Source: Candidatus Bathyarchaeota archaeon
Lineage (GTDB): Archaea; Thermoproteota; Bathyarchaeia; Bathyarchaeales; Bathycorpusculaceae
Direction of reading: 5' to 3'
Assembly: GCA_963827165.1 (NCBI GenBank)
Contig: CAWGZR010000010.1
Coordinates: forward strand, 160,001 to 224,000
Length of the DNA stretch: 64,000 bases
In this document: positions 19,425 to 30,804 of the stretch, in pieces
Numbering within the stretch: position 1 is the stretch's first letter
How the letters are laid out: every line of letters starts with the position of its first letter
The notes under the pieces: model-generated
Databases searched by the model: none
What the model was told of the DNA's origin: nothing
Seen by the model: the letters and a program-made list of their open reading frames with translations, nothing else
Program-made: the position numbers and the translations under genes

Positions 19425-22400
19425 GCAGCCGTAACTACATCGTCTTTTAAGACAAGTTTTCTATCTCTTACCAGCCGCTTGAGGATTTCCGAAAACACCT
19501 CTTCCGTGCCTTCCGCCGAATGGTTAAGCCCAAAAACCTTAGCCGTTTCCCAAATCAACGATTCCCGACTGATGCCCAGCGCATACCGCGTGACAAGCAA
19601 CATAGCCGCTTCCACTTCCTCAGGGGCGATGTATTCGGGTTTGCGTTTAGTTTCGGGGATGCCTTGCACGGGAACCCTTATCGGAGTTTCCTTAAGAGTG
19701 GGAGACCAAAGGAAGCTTCCTTTAAGAACGACTTTCTGTTCCTTTAACAAATTGTTTAGGGCTCCTTTCACTGCATGTCTTATCTGCGGGGTCACCTGTT
19801 TGGTTCCCCACGCGGCTGCCAAACGTTCCGTTGCGTATTCAAAGTGAATTGGCCCTTCATTTTGCACAAGCTCAGATAGGAGTTTGGTTTGGTTTTCCCT
19901 ATTTTCAGGAAAGTGGAACTCGTTTTTTTGTTTAGAATCAACTGAGCCACGAGCCCCTGCGACCATTATGTACGGGTTGAACATTGCCTTGAGCGCGTAG
20001 GTTTTGTAGGGAACTCCGATTTTTTCGACTCCTGCAAACTCGTTTCTCTGCACATCAGTTTTCGGAGCCATCCCTTCCTTGACCTCAATCACCGGTTTCT
20101 GTGAATCCTTGTCCAACTGCTGTTTACTTGCTTGTTCCAAGTCTTCCTTCAGGCGCCGAATTTCAGAGTCGCGTCTTGCAACCCAAGCAGGAGACCAAAC
20201 GCGGTGAATCCGCCAACCAAGTTGCCGCAATACCTGTTCACGGAGGCGGTCTCTGTCCCGCGCGCTGCTGCTTGACCTATATGAGGCTCCATCGCATTCC
20301 ACGCCGAGCAAGAAATTGCCCGGGTTCACTGGGTCTAAAACGCCGATGTCAATCCTGTAGCCGCTGCACCCCACCTGCGGAACAACCTCGTAACCCATCT
20401 TCTTAATTTCCTCCGCCACATCCTCATCCAAAGCCGATTCAAACTCGCCTTCCCGCGACTTCACCGACCCCAAAGTTTCAGTCCCATGCTCAGCGTAATC
20501 TATGTAGTAACGTAGCGTTTGCACTCCAAGCGCCTTTGTTTCAGCGTCGATATCAGTTGCCTTAATCGATGTTACAAGAACCACTTTTTCCCGGGCTCTG
20601 GTAACTGCAACGTTTAGACGCCGCTCACCGCCAGGCTTGTTAAGTGGACCAAAATTCATAGCCATCTGCTTGCCCTCGTCGAAGCCGTAGCCGACGCTAA
20701 AGAAGATGACGTCCCGTTCGTCACCTTGAACGTTCTCTAAGTTCTTCACGAAGAAGCCTTCCAAACGATCCTCTTTAAAGAATGGTTCGAAGTCAGGCTG
20801 CATTTTTAGTCGGTTATCTATGGCTTCTTCAACAGCTTCCATCTGGGCTATGCTGAACGTTACTACGCCGAGGGTTTTCTTCGGGTAGAGACGGAAATGT
20901 TCGAAGACAAGATCAGCCACTTTTTCTGCTTCCTTGATGTTGTTTCTTTTTCCGCCTCGGACGTAGACGCCGTCTGGGACGTAAACCAATTTTACGCCTA
21001 AAGCGTCGTCTTGGGCTCTTGCAGCGGGAAAAGTGACGAGTTCATCTTCGTAGAAGCGGTGGTTCGAGAAAGCAATTAACCCTTCATGCTTGCTGCGGTA
21101 GTGCCAACGCAGCGTTTTGACTGGTAACCCGATGCCGAGGCACTCGTCAAGGATGCTGTCGAAAACTTCAACGTCTTCGTCGTTGAGTTCATCCCAATCT
21201 ACATCGTCGAAGAGGCTTTTCTGGAAAAACGACGTGGGTGGCAACTGCTTGTTATCGCCTGCAACGACTAGTGTTTTTCCGCGGTAAATCGAGCCAATGG
21301 CGTCTTCAGGAACAATTTGTGAAGCCTCATCAAACAAAACCAAGTCAAACTTCATGTCAGGAGGCAGGAACTGGCTTACGCTTATGGGGCTCATCAATAG
21401 GCAAGGCTTGAGTTTACCAAGTAAGTTAGGGATTTTTTGGAAAAGCACCCTGATCGGCATCAGCTGCCTCTTTTTTGAGGCTTCTTTTTGTAGAACGGCT
21501 ACTTCAGAGTCGGCTGCTTGAATTAGGATGTCTTGGGGTTTGCGGCTGTTCGCCTGTTCGATAACCATGCTGGAGCTCAGCTTAATGAGGTCCTGATCCA
21601 ATTTTTTGAAGTCTGCGATCAGTTGCTCTTGGTTTTCCCATCTGAACCTGCCCAGCTTGGGGTCTTCATTATACAGGTTATTTATCCATTCTTGATACAC
21701 GCCTCTTCGAAAAACATCCACCAAGTCTGCTGCTGAAAGTTTCTGCTCGGCTAAGTGGTTGAAGAACTGGTCAAAGCCGCGGAGCGCAAAGCGGTTTTTG
21801 ATGTCTTTAAAGTCAACCCAAACCTGAATGTCGTCAACACGGTTTCGTAATGCATGGATTCGTTCACCGATCACACTTATTTCTAAATCTTTCAGGAGAT
21901 TGTTTTTGTATTTCATCGGCGCTTCAAAATGAGCCTCAAAATCGCTAAGAACTTTTAAGGATGCATCGCGTTTTTGTGTTAGCTCCCTGCTTGATGGAGC
22001 CGCAGTTGGTCCTTGAGCCGCGATTTGCGCGAAAGCAAATGGAACAGGAATATCAAGGAATGCTGCCTGAACCTTTTTCACCCATTCAATAACCTCAACG
22101 ATGTCTTGCCAGTTTGTATCAAGCTCGTTGAAGCGTGAGCCAAACTTCTCTTGAAGCTGCGCCTTTTCACCGATGATAGCCGCTTCTTTCTTGCGTATTT
22201 CTTCCGCGTTTTGAAGGTCATCTATAAGCTGCTTGTAGTTTGATGGTTCCTCCTTGCTGACTGCAAGAGTTTCCCTTGTCAATCCTTTAAGCGGGGTCAG
22301 TTGCCTTTCTGTTTCGTTCAGCCATTCCTCAACCATCGGGATCGGTGTCCAAGTAATTGCGGCGCTAGATTTGGTCATGCTTGCCGGGATAAGTGACTCG

Positions 22401-25121
22401 ACGTCTTTGAGCAGCTGCTCCCACTTAACCACCGACTCTTGAAGCTCCATACCCAAATTCTTAATCATTGGCGACGGAGTGGAATTGTTAGTTACGAGTT
22501 TGAGCAGGTTTTCGGGGATGGTTGTTGCCCAAGAAAGCTTGCGGATTTCCGCGGCTATTAACAAGGCCTTTTCAGCGCCGTTGAAGTCTGTTTTGGATTT
22601 GTGATAGTAGTGGCCAAGCAAGGTTCGGACGGTTTCAGTTGATTCATCAATTTCTGTCTCTAACTTCTTGACTTTCCGAGCGCCAACAAGGTCGGTCAAC
22701 ACGGTTTTGGGAACTTTGCCGTCGACGGTGACCGCAGCGATTTGTTTTTGGTCGTTGCGGTAGCTTGAGTTGAAAATCTTAAGCGAGGCTTGACTGTACT
22801 CATTATACCTCGCGATCAAACCGTCGAGGTCCAGCTTGTAGAGCCCCTCATTGTAGGTTCCGTCCAAGCGGCTTTTTAGAAGACTGTGGTCTTGATATAG
22901 CCGTTTGGCTTTCGGCAATATTTCCTCAACTTGCTCGAAGTACTTGCTGTCAAACCACAGCGGTTCAGGCTTGTCTTGGCTGAAGCAAAGCAAAGCGATA
23001 CGGGCTAATTCTTTTACTTGCGTAATCGTCAACCCGTCGCTGTCCAACCCCAAGGTTGGAGCAAGCGCCTGCGAGGTTTCACGCCATTTCCGTGCAGCCA
23101 TCTCGGTGTTCTTTATGAAAGTCAAAAGTTTTTCGCGTTTGGAATAGAATTCGTTCTCTTCCAACCGGACCCCAGGCATCAAATTGTTTAACGCATCGAG
23201 TTGCCGTTTTAATTCTGTTGACGCGTTAAGAGCCAAGTTGAACAGGGAAGGTTGGTAGCGTTCCATGAGGCTTATTCGGGTTTCTTTTATCCATAGAGTT
23301 GTTTCATTGTAGCTTTTGGCTTCATTGTAGAGTTTTCCGGTTTCTGAGTTAGTCATCCAATAAGCTTCAGGCTTGGGGCTTTCAGTTAAGAACTTGCTAA
23401 CTTCTAAAAGCCAATTGATGCGCGAAAATGTTTTAGGCGGAAAAACATCCAGTTTAGCGGAGAAATCTTCCGTTTCAAGCTTCAAATCCCCCAGGGTTTC
23501 GTTGATGTTTTCGAGCGACGTCAGCACTTCTGAGCGGAGCTCCAAATTGTAGAAGTCAGCGCGGTAGCCTAGCCACGGAAAGTCGGGTTCTTCTATCACT
23601 TGCCAGACCTTGCTTAGTTGAGAAACGAGAGCTTCCAACTCATGCATTTTCTGAGGGGTCAGAGTTCCCAAATCAGTTAACCCGACGGGCACGAAGGGAA
23701 CCCGCTCAAGGCTGGAAATCAAACTTAAAACTTCGTAGGCACTCCTCTGCAGGAACGGTCGCGTCTCATGCAAAGCGGCAACATAACCGTTTAGTGTTTC
23801 CCGATATTCAGTCATTCTTTCAAATTCGTGGACGGAGGGCAATTTTCGTGGGATCAGGTTTTCGTCAAGGCTACGTTTCAACTCGGCAACAACTTGTTGT
23901 TTGTTGGCTTTGCTGCTGTGAAGTTCAAGGCAAAAATGAGCCAACCCAACTTCGCTGAGCCGTTTGTAAACGACTTCTAGGGCTGCCATTTTGTCGCTGA
24001 CGAAAAGCACAGATTTCCCATTTGCAATGCATTCTGCTATTATGTTCGCTATTGTTTGGCTTTTTCCAGTGCCAGGCGGACCCTTCATGACGAAGCTTTG
24101 TCCGCGCAATGCGTATTCTATGGAGACTCGTTGGCTGCTGTCGGCATCTAGAACCTGGTGAGTTTTGTCTGGCGGCTCGATTTTGTCAACGTCTTTCTCG
24201 TCGGGCAACCCGTCTAAGAATCAGGTTGTTTTCTTTGATGCCTGCGATTGCCCTTATGATAGGGTGCTGCGTAACTAACGCGGAGTTCGACTCTAAATCT
24301 TTGTAAATAACCAGTTTTTGGAAGGAGAAAAGCCCAAGGTCAGTTGACGACTCAACTTTCCAGCCCAGTTCAGCAACCGCCAGATTGACCTTGTCGAAGT
24401 AATCTTGCAGAGTAAGGTTTTCCCATTCTTCAGGCAAAGATGGCAAATCGATTTTGTAGTCGTTTTTCAGTTTGACCTGCAGGGCTGGGTTCAAAACCTC
24501 TTCGTCCTCAACAGGCGGCAAGCCCACACTGTATGGTTGACGTACAGTGTCTCTCGTAAGTTCTAGGGGCACAAGAATCAAAGGAGACTGAACTTGCTCT
24601 TTTGTCTCCGAATCAACCCAGTTAAGAGTACCAAAAGCCGCATGCAAAATGCGAACACCCCGTTCACGGTAATCCAGAAGCGAACGCCACTGCAGGCCTT
24701 TGAGGTTCCTTTCAAGTTCTGTGCGTGACATTTTTCCGCAAACCAACTGGTTTACCTTAGGACGTTGAGGTGCCTCAGGCACTGCTAGTGCATCTTTGAC
24801 AGAGGCTTTAAAATCGGCTTTCGCGGTTTTGGCGGCTTTGCCCTTAGCTTTTCCTTTCGGCTTTTCGCCTTCTGCCAGTTTTTGCGCTTCCTCAGGTGGT
24901 ATCCAGAATTCCAATTTTTTCTTTTTCAAAACCAACGAGTTAAAAACCATTTGCATGTCAGGTTGGGTAATCGGTAGGCTTCCTCGCTTGTTTTTATGGA
25001 AGTATAGAAGGTTGTTTCTTCTTGAAAGGTCAATTAATCTTGACTTCCAATCTTCCACTCTTTTCATAGGCTGGGAAGCAAAAGTTTGCGTCATAGCCAC
25101 ATCTACACCCACTGGTTCCAT
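19421..25121 (-). CDS. DUF4011 / SF1 (Upf1-DNA2-like) helicase / restriction-endonuclease-fold / DUF3320 protein, Hhe-like; split by a +1 frameshift near 24216
   Basis: WKSRLIDLSRRNNLL (DUF4011), GPPGTGKSQTI, FDEASQ, GDNKQLPP, HYRS, ENVQGDERD, RRLNVAVTRAR, QVG...RIDIGV..ECDG...RDRDRLR; removing one base gives NNLILDGLPDEKD. Confidence 0.88.
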
Positions 25122-25305
25122 AATTACGCGGATGCTTCTTTAATATTTGCGCTATCTCCATAACCCATCAAGCAATCAATTACTCAACTTTCAAGCCGTA
25201 AAAGTGTCACTTGGCGCGTACCAATTGCATAAATGCATCAAAAAACAAACGTCAATATTTTCTAACCCCTAAATCGATTTCCACACTCTTAATAATTTCA
25301 GACGT

Positions 25306-25932
25306 TTAGGTTTGGTCGTTGCTCTTGTTGATTGCCTCATCAACTACCCGTAGCACGTTTTCAAGTCCCACCGCTTTAACCTCAAGAATAGGAAGACCCA
25401 AGCCTGAAGCTTGTAGCTCTTCGAGGCATTTTTTGGCGTTGCCGCATGTATCTAAAAGCACGATGCCTTTGATTCCACTGAACATGCCTGCAAAAGCCGC
25501 TTCGTCGACTCCCTGCCGCAGCATTTTCTCTTTCATGCCCTTGAAGAACTCGATCATGCCTGGACCCATAAACAGCAGGTTGTGTTCAGGGTCTACTTCA
25601 AAGAATTTTCCTCCGCCACCCAGTTGGCAATCGACGCAGTTTGCCGCGTCAACCTTTGCGACACCGTATGCGTCAGTCAGTTTTTTCATTTCGCCGTTTT
25701 GTCCAAGGCAGAGGTCGCCATAAACCACCACTATTTTGCCGGTGAATCGCTTGAGGGTTGCTTCGAGGACTTTTCGAAGGTTTTTTTCCACCTCTTCGTA
25801 GTCGACATGGAAATATTTGCTGACGAAAACAAGCTCCGCATCAAGGCGACCTTCTCGGACTAGACATTGGAGTTCGTCTTTTAAGACACTACAGGAAACA
25901 AGACAAACCTTACTCTTTCCACTAATAACCAA
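25306..25932 (-). CDS. DUF1638 family protein
   Basis: VSCSVLKDEL, YFH, YGDLC, ANCVDCQLGG. Confidence 0.75.
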   Translation of the reverse strand: MVISGKSKVCLVSCSVLKDELQCLVREGRLDAELVFVSKYFHVDYEEVEKNLRKVLEATLKRFTGKIVVVYGDLCLGQNGEMKKLTDAYGVAKVDAANCVDCQLGGGGKFFEVDPEHNLLFMGPGMIEFFKGMKEKMLRQGVDEAAFAGMFSGIKGIVLLDTCGNAKKCLEELQASGLGLPILEVKAVGLENVLRVVDEAINKSNDQT

Positions 25933-26168
25933 GCACCTTCAAGTAAGCATAAACCTTGAATCCGAAAAAGCTTTGCTTATTTCTGTTCAAGGCAAACAAA
26001 GATGGTTTGTTGCGAAGCTTTTGGATCTTTTCCAAAGGTTTTCGATCCCTTTTTGAACCAAGGAGCCACAAGCGTCAAACCTAAAAGCAGCCCAAAAACA
26101 AAAAACGGAATGGGACAACTATTTACAACTAAACAATAGTGGTGAATAGCAAAATTAAGAAAAAAAGC

Positions 26169-27035
26169 TTATGCGGCTTTGGGTTTGGCTTTGTCGACTG
26201 CGCCACTGAGGCTTGTCATTTCTGCGTTGGCTTTCCGTAGCAAATCGCCGATGGTGTCTTTTGTGGGGATGGCTCCTGCGACGGCTAATGCGATGGCTTT
26301 CTGGTGGGCTAGTTGAAGTAGCGGTTTGATTGTGTCTTTGGTGGGGTAAGCGATTTCCAAGGCCAATGCGAAGGCTTGCCGGTGGCTTTGCTCAACGCTT
26401 TTTCTCGTTGCGTCGACGTCGACTTTGAGTTGGTCACCGACGATTATTATCCCGTTGTCGAATACTGCTCGCATTGAAATGCCGAGTTCAACGGCTTTAA
26501 TGTTCAGTTTAGAGAGGACACCTGCGAGGCGTTCGTTGATTTCTTCGCCTTTGCGAACAACAAGCGTGTCTTTGCTGACCCAGACGCTGCCTGATTCGAT
26601 ACGGGTCGGCAAACCGACGCTGTTAAGCTGGCTGATGATTGGCCCTGGAGGCTGACCTGTATTACCTGTGGGAACAATAACGTCCATCGCGGCTGTGTCG
26701 CCTGCCTTCGCAGTTGTCTTAACTTTGCCCCGTTCGAGAAGCAAAGCCAATTTGAAGGGGTTAAGGTCGGTGAACATGTAAACGTTTGAACCATCCAAGT
26801 AATCCTCAAGCTTCTTGAGGTCTTCCTGCGCAAGTTCGTCAATAGCTATCCTCATAAGGGTATTCTTTAAAACTCGAAGGTACACTTTGCCCTGCATCGT
26901 TTTCTTTAGTTCTTGAAGTTGGGAAGCGCGAACCTTCTTGAGGCTAGCGATGCCAATGGACTTGTACTCTTTAAGTATGTCCTTTATCGCGTCTACTTCG
27001 CTGGACTTTTCCTCTAACACTTGTTGGGACGGCAT
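26169..27035 (-). CDS. rpl10: 50S ribosomal protein L10 (P0)
   Basis: KNTLM, NPFKL, AKAGD.A, TGQPPGP, LPTRIESG. Confidence 0.95.
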   Translation of the reverse strand: MPSQQVLEEKSSEVDAIKDILKEYKSIGIASLKKVRASQLQELKKTMQGKVYLRVLKNTLMRIAIDELAQEDLKKLEDYLDGSNVYMFTDLNPFKLALLLERGKVKTTAKAGDTAAMDVIVPTGNTGQPPGPIISQLNSVGLPTRIESGSVWVSKDTLVVRKGEEINERLAGVLSKLNIKAVELGISMRAVFDNGIIIVGDQLKVDVDATRKSVEQSHRQAFALALEIAYPTKDTIKPLLQLAHQKAIALAVAGAIPTKDTIGDLLRKANAEMTSLSGAVDKAKPKAA

Positions 27036-27050
27036 GATTTCTCAAACTCA

Positions 27051-27701
27051 TTACGGTTTAATTTTAACTGGCTCACCCATAGATGTCTTGATGAAAGCGT
27101 ACTTTACGTTTTTGAGCCCACGCTTAAGCTTCCCATCTAAAACACGGAGAACAGTCATGGTGTTATCGACAAGATCTTCATCCTTCATCTGCTGCGAACC
27201 AACTGAAACCTGAATAATCGGTTGATTACGCATTCTCACAACCACCGTTTTACGATGCTTATTGACCAAGGCTGCAATATCGGCGTTAGGTGCAACCGGA
27301 ATAGGCATTTTTCCTCTCGGACCCAATACGGGACCAAGAATCCTGCCTACAAGCGGCATGAGAGGAGCTTCAGAAATGAAAACATCATATTCCTCAGCAA
27401 GTTTACGCAGATCCTTCTTTTTCCCGTTTAAACCATCTAACTCTGCTCGTTCAACAACGTAATCTGCATTAGCGTTTTTGGCTTTATAAGCAAATTCTCC
27501 AGAAGCAATAACGCATACCTTGTTCGGTTTACCCGTCTCGTGTGGAAGCTCAACGATCTCCTGGATTTTACCTTCCGGGGACTTCATATCGATCTCTGTG
27601 ATGTCTAAGATCAAATCTACCGTCTGGTTGAATTTTTTATCGCCAGACTTCGTCTTTGCCTGTTTAATTGCTTCCATTATCGTCTTGTTGTCTAGGGGCA
27701 T
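27051..27701 (-). CDS. rpl1: 50S ribosomal protein L1
   Basis: KFNQTVDL, LGPVLGPRGKMP, KTSMG. Confidence 0.96.
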   Translation of the reverse strand: MPLDNKTIMEAIKQAKTKSGDKKFNQTVDLILDITEIDMKSPEGKIQEIVELPHETGKPNKVCVIASGEFAYKAKNANADYVVERAELDGLNGKKKDLRKLAEEYDVFISEAPLMPLVGRILGPVLGPRGKMPIPVAPNADIAALVNKHRKTVVVRMRNQPIIQVSVGSQQMKDEDLVDNTMTVLRVLDGKLKRGLKNVKYAFIKTSMGEPVKIKP

Positions 27702-27759
27702 TTTTAAGCCTCGTGCCAATGAGGGATTGGAAACCCATTATAAAAATATTCGCTTATCA

Positions 27760-28248
27760 TTATTCGTTACCAAACAGTTGTTCGTAGTTTCCCGCATCGA
27801 TGTCTTTTTGGACTTCCCGCGGATCTTTACCTTCAACAGTGACGCCTAAACTGACGCATGTGCCAAGCATCTCCTTCGTCGCCTTCTTAAGAGTCGGCGC
27901 TAAAAGTTCATGGCGCTTAATTTTGGCGATGCGCACCATCTGCTCCAGTGATAAGTCGCCGATTTTAACGGTGTTAGGTGTTCCTGAACCCTTTTCCACC
28001 TTTAACTCAGCAACAATCAAAGCCGAAGCAGTCGGGGTACCTACGGTAACCTCGAAAGTTTTATCTTCAGTGTCAACGCTAATTTTTACTGGAACCTTCA
28101 TTCCAGCGTAGTCTTTCGTAAGTTCGTTAATTTTAGTGACAATAGCCATGATGTTGACGCCTAAAGGCCCAAGAGCTGGCCCTAAAGGAGGACCTGCATT
28201 GGCTTGTCCGCCGTTAACGAGTAGTTCAACAGATTTCTTTTCACTCAT
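27760..28248 (-). CDS. rpl11: 50S ribosomal protein L11
   Basis: GGQANAGPPLGPALGPLGVN, GTCVSLGV. Confidence 0.97.
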   Translation of the reverse strand: MSEKKSVELLVNGGQANAGPPLGPALGPLGVNIMAIVTKINELTKDYAGMKVPVKISVDTEDKTFEVTVGTPTASALIVAELKVEKGSGTPNTVKIGDLSLEQMVRIAKIKRHELLAPTLKKATKEMLGTCVSLGVTVEGKDPREVQKDIDAGNYEQLFGNE

Positions 28249-28269
28249 AATTTCACCAGTTTTGTTTGT

Positions 28270-28740
28270 TTATTTTGCTTTTTCCACTAGTTTTACATAA
28301 TCTGAATGTACCGTGATTGGCAAAGTGAATGTTGCCTCAAGCAGTTCAAGGGTAACTTCGCCCTTTGCTTTGTCGAGTCTTGTGATTTTAGCTCGCATGC
28401 CCTTGAAGGGTCCGCCTGTGATTTCAACGACGTCATCTTCGTCAAGATCTTCCATAACGGGTTTGCGAACGATGTACCGTTCTATCTCTGCGAAACTGAC
28501 TAGACCAGGGATTCTGGAGCGTACATGCCTTAACCCTGAAATGGCTTCTTCGACTAAATGTGGTCCATCAGCCTCAACGAACACGTATCCTTTCAACGTA
28601 TCAGGTACCAGAAGAGCTTTGATGGGAATGTGGTTCATCTCAACTTTTGAAGCGATTAACCGGGCCACGTTTCTCTCTTGCCCAGTGGTTGTTTTAACCA
28701 CAAAAATTTTGATGTCCATCTGCTCTTCTTTCTTATCCAT
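28270..28740 (-). CDS. spt5: Transcription elongation factor Spt5/NusG
   Basis: KTTTGQE, LKGYVFVEA, KOW GPFKG. Confidence 0.96.
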   Translation of the reverse strand: MDKKEEQMDIKIFVVKTTTGQERNVARLIASKVEMNHIPIKALLVPDTLKGYVFVEADGPHLVEEAISGLRHVRSRIPGLVSFAEIERYIVRKPVMEDLDEDDVVEITGGPFKGMRAKITRLDKAKGEVTLELLEATFTLPITVHSDYVKLVEKAK

Positions 28741-28752
28741 CAGCTAATCCTT

Positions 28753-28944
28753 CTAAGTTGTAGCGCTTGATGCAGCTGAGGATCCTAGAGCCCACGACAG
28801 AAGTTTAATGATATAGCCGATTACGCCGACTATGCCTATGCCGAGAAGACTGATTTTTATTGAAAGCCATAGCTCTTCGCGCCCAGGCTTCTGGGATAAT
28901 TTTAAGGTTCTTCCAGCTTGCGTTAACCAAGATTTCATACCCAT
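28753..28944 (-). CDS. secE: Protein translocase SecE/Sec61 gamma
   Basis: KPGREE...KISLLG...GVIGYII; position upstream of spt5. Confidence 0.92.
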   Translation of the reverse strand: MGMKSWLTQAGRTLKLSQKPGREELWLSIKISLLGIGIVGVIGYIIKLLSWALGSSAASSATT

Positions 28945-29199
28945 ATCTATCGCACACTCAACATTTCATTATTCAATAATAAACGTTACTGTGAATTGAA
29001 GTTTAAAAACAAGCTCCTTAAGCCTTTTAAAGTTTCCTTAAAAAAATGACGCGCCTTTTTGGTTGATATCAATTAGCGGCATTTACCGTGGGCTTTTTCA
29101 TTACATTTGCCGCATATGAAAGGTTACATTTTTTGTCGTTTTTAAATGTACCATTAAACATAATACCTCTGCACAAGTCACTGGTTAAGAGGCAAACTC

Positions 29200-29799
29200 G
29201 TGAACGTTGACACTGTAAAAGAAAGCTTATTGTTTGCTCATCGAAGATTAGATGAGTTAAAGACGCTTAATAACGGAAATTTGGCAAATGCAAAACCTGA
29301 AGATCGACAAATGCTTACTCAAGAGTTTTTATTTCACCTTGTCGGCGCAATCGAGATTCTTGCACAAGTAATTAATAAACAAAGAAACCTTGGCTTGGAC
29401 CCAGAAAGAGCGGGGGTAAGGTCAGTTTTCTGTCGATTGGAAATGAATGACCCAATCAGATCTTTGTTAAGTCAGTTATATCCAACTACTAGGTCAAAAG
29501 ACCAACGGTGGCTGCCTCTTCCACGTGACCCCTACGCTCACGAAGGAAGATATTTTAGAATTGTAATTCTTACACATTGGGTTAATCACTGCGGAGAGAA
29601 CCCTTTCCATCCTCGACGGGGAGCTGAAGCTAAAGTCAGTTTGATTTTAGATCCAAGAAATCCCTCCGCGGGGGATTCGAAACTTGACGCAATAGACGAG
29701 CTTGAGACGTTTTGGAGCTTGGTTAACCAAAAATGTCAACAAATCACCGCGATCTTAGCTTCTGAAACAACAGTGGCATCTTCGAAGAATTCCGCATAA
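29200..29799 (+). CDS. Hypothetical protein, possibly Cthe_2314-like HEPN
   Basis: QEFLFHLVGAIEILAQVIN...LGL pattern; degenerate R-x-H region. Confidence 0.45.
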   Translation: MNVDTVKESLLFAHRRLDELKTLNNGNLANAKPEDRQMLTQEFLFHLVGAIEILAQVINKQRNLGLDPERAGVRSVFCRLEMNDPIRSLLSQLYPTTRSKDQRWLPLPRDPYAHEGRYFRIVILTHWVNHCGENPFHPRRGAEAKVSLILDPRNPSAGDSKLDAIDELETFWSLVNQKCQQITAILASETTVASSKNSA

Positions 29800-29827
29800 T
29801 TTAGTAAAAAAAAAGTTTATCCTTTTT

Positions 29828-30652
29828 TTAGGCTTTCCTGAAAAGCAAACCAGCTTCCTGCAGGGCAGCCAGCAGCTTAGGTTTGTCATGGCTCAGGATT
29901 CCCTTCCAGTCAAGTATCGCAAGTGAAACCTTTTCCAAAGTCTTCTTGACACACTGCGATATCATTTCGGAATCAACGCTGGAAACGGCGTACTTTGGTA
30001 TCATATGTCCAAACGCGGCTTCGCCAGCCAGAGCCATGCGAGTGAACTTTTGGTTGTAATGCGGTCCTCCGATGCCCAGAACAGCTTCATCGTTTGAAGT
30101 TGAAAAATTGGAGATCGTAGTCATCGCGGCGTCCCCTACGACTTGTGCAGCCGCTGAATCGTTCCACTGAGGTTCTGAACTACCCAACTCAACAAACATA
30201 ACGGGCACATCAAGAGTTGGACCATGATGCGTCCCTTCATAGGCAACCTCGTAACCAAGCTTCATTCCCATATTTTGACGGCTTAGTTCTTTGAGGGCAA
30301 TCTGCATGGCCGTGGCAGGTGCGACGGATAATGTGCGAGGCAATCCGCCCAAACCTGCTTCGCCGAAATTTCCCGTCGTGTGAACGGAAAGGGTTGGTTT
30401 GCCGCTTTGGCTGCTATGGCGTGAAATGAAAACAACCAGCTCTGCGTTTGGAAAGTCCTCTCCGAGGTACTGAGCGTTGACTGCTTCTTGCACAAGCGTT
30501 AGGAAATCGATCTGCTTACCGTTGATTTCAAATCTGTAGATTTGGTTTCCATGATACGTATGGGTTGTTTTTGCAAATGGGTAACGCTGAAAGATGCTTT
30601 TAGCTATGTTGACGCCGGCCACATCGCGAGCTGAGTGAACAAGCAGGATCAT
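29828..30652 (-). CDS. dtdA: Archaeal D-aminoacyl-tRNA deacylase
   Basis: SRHSS, SVHTTGN, EGTHHGP, FVELGS, GGPHY, GHMIPKY. Confidence 0.93.
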   Translation of the reverse strand: MILLVHSARDVAGVNIAKSIFQRYPFAKTTHTYHGNQIYRFEINGKQIDFLTLVQEAVNAQYLGEDFPNAELVVFISRHSSQSGKPTLSVHTTGNFGEAGLGGLPRTLSVAPATAMQIALKELSRQNMGMKLGYEVAYEGTHHGPTLDVPVMFVELGSSEPQWNDSAAAQVVGDAAMTTISNFSTSNDEAVLGIGGPHYNQKFTRMALAGEAAFGHMIPKYAVSSVDSEMISQCVKKTLEKVSLAILDWKGILSHDKPKLLAALQEAGLLFRKA

Positions 30653-30804
30653 ATAAACAACTCCGCTTACCTCTTGGTTTATTCCCTCTTAAAACGTTGT
30701 TAAACTACCAAAGCAAATTAATGAAAGGATTTGGCTTTCGCCAGTTAGGTTATCCATAAAGCTTATTATTTGTGGCTCGGTTCAGCGTACTGGGTAAGCG
30801 AAAA

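Noticed and set aside
24186-24230. Programmed ribosomal frameshift in the helicase gene (and likewise ligase, ThiF, phosphoesterase)
   Set aside because: No consistent slippery-site plus structure pattern; scattered indels are better explained by consensus errors
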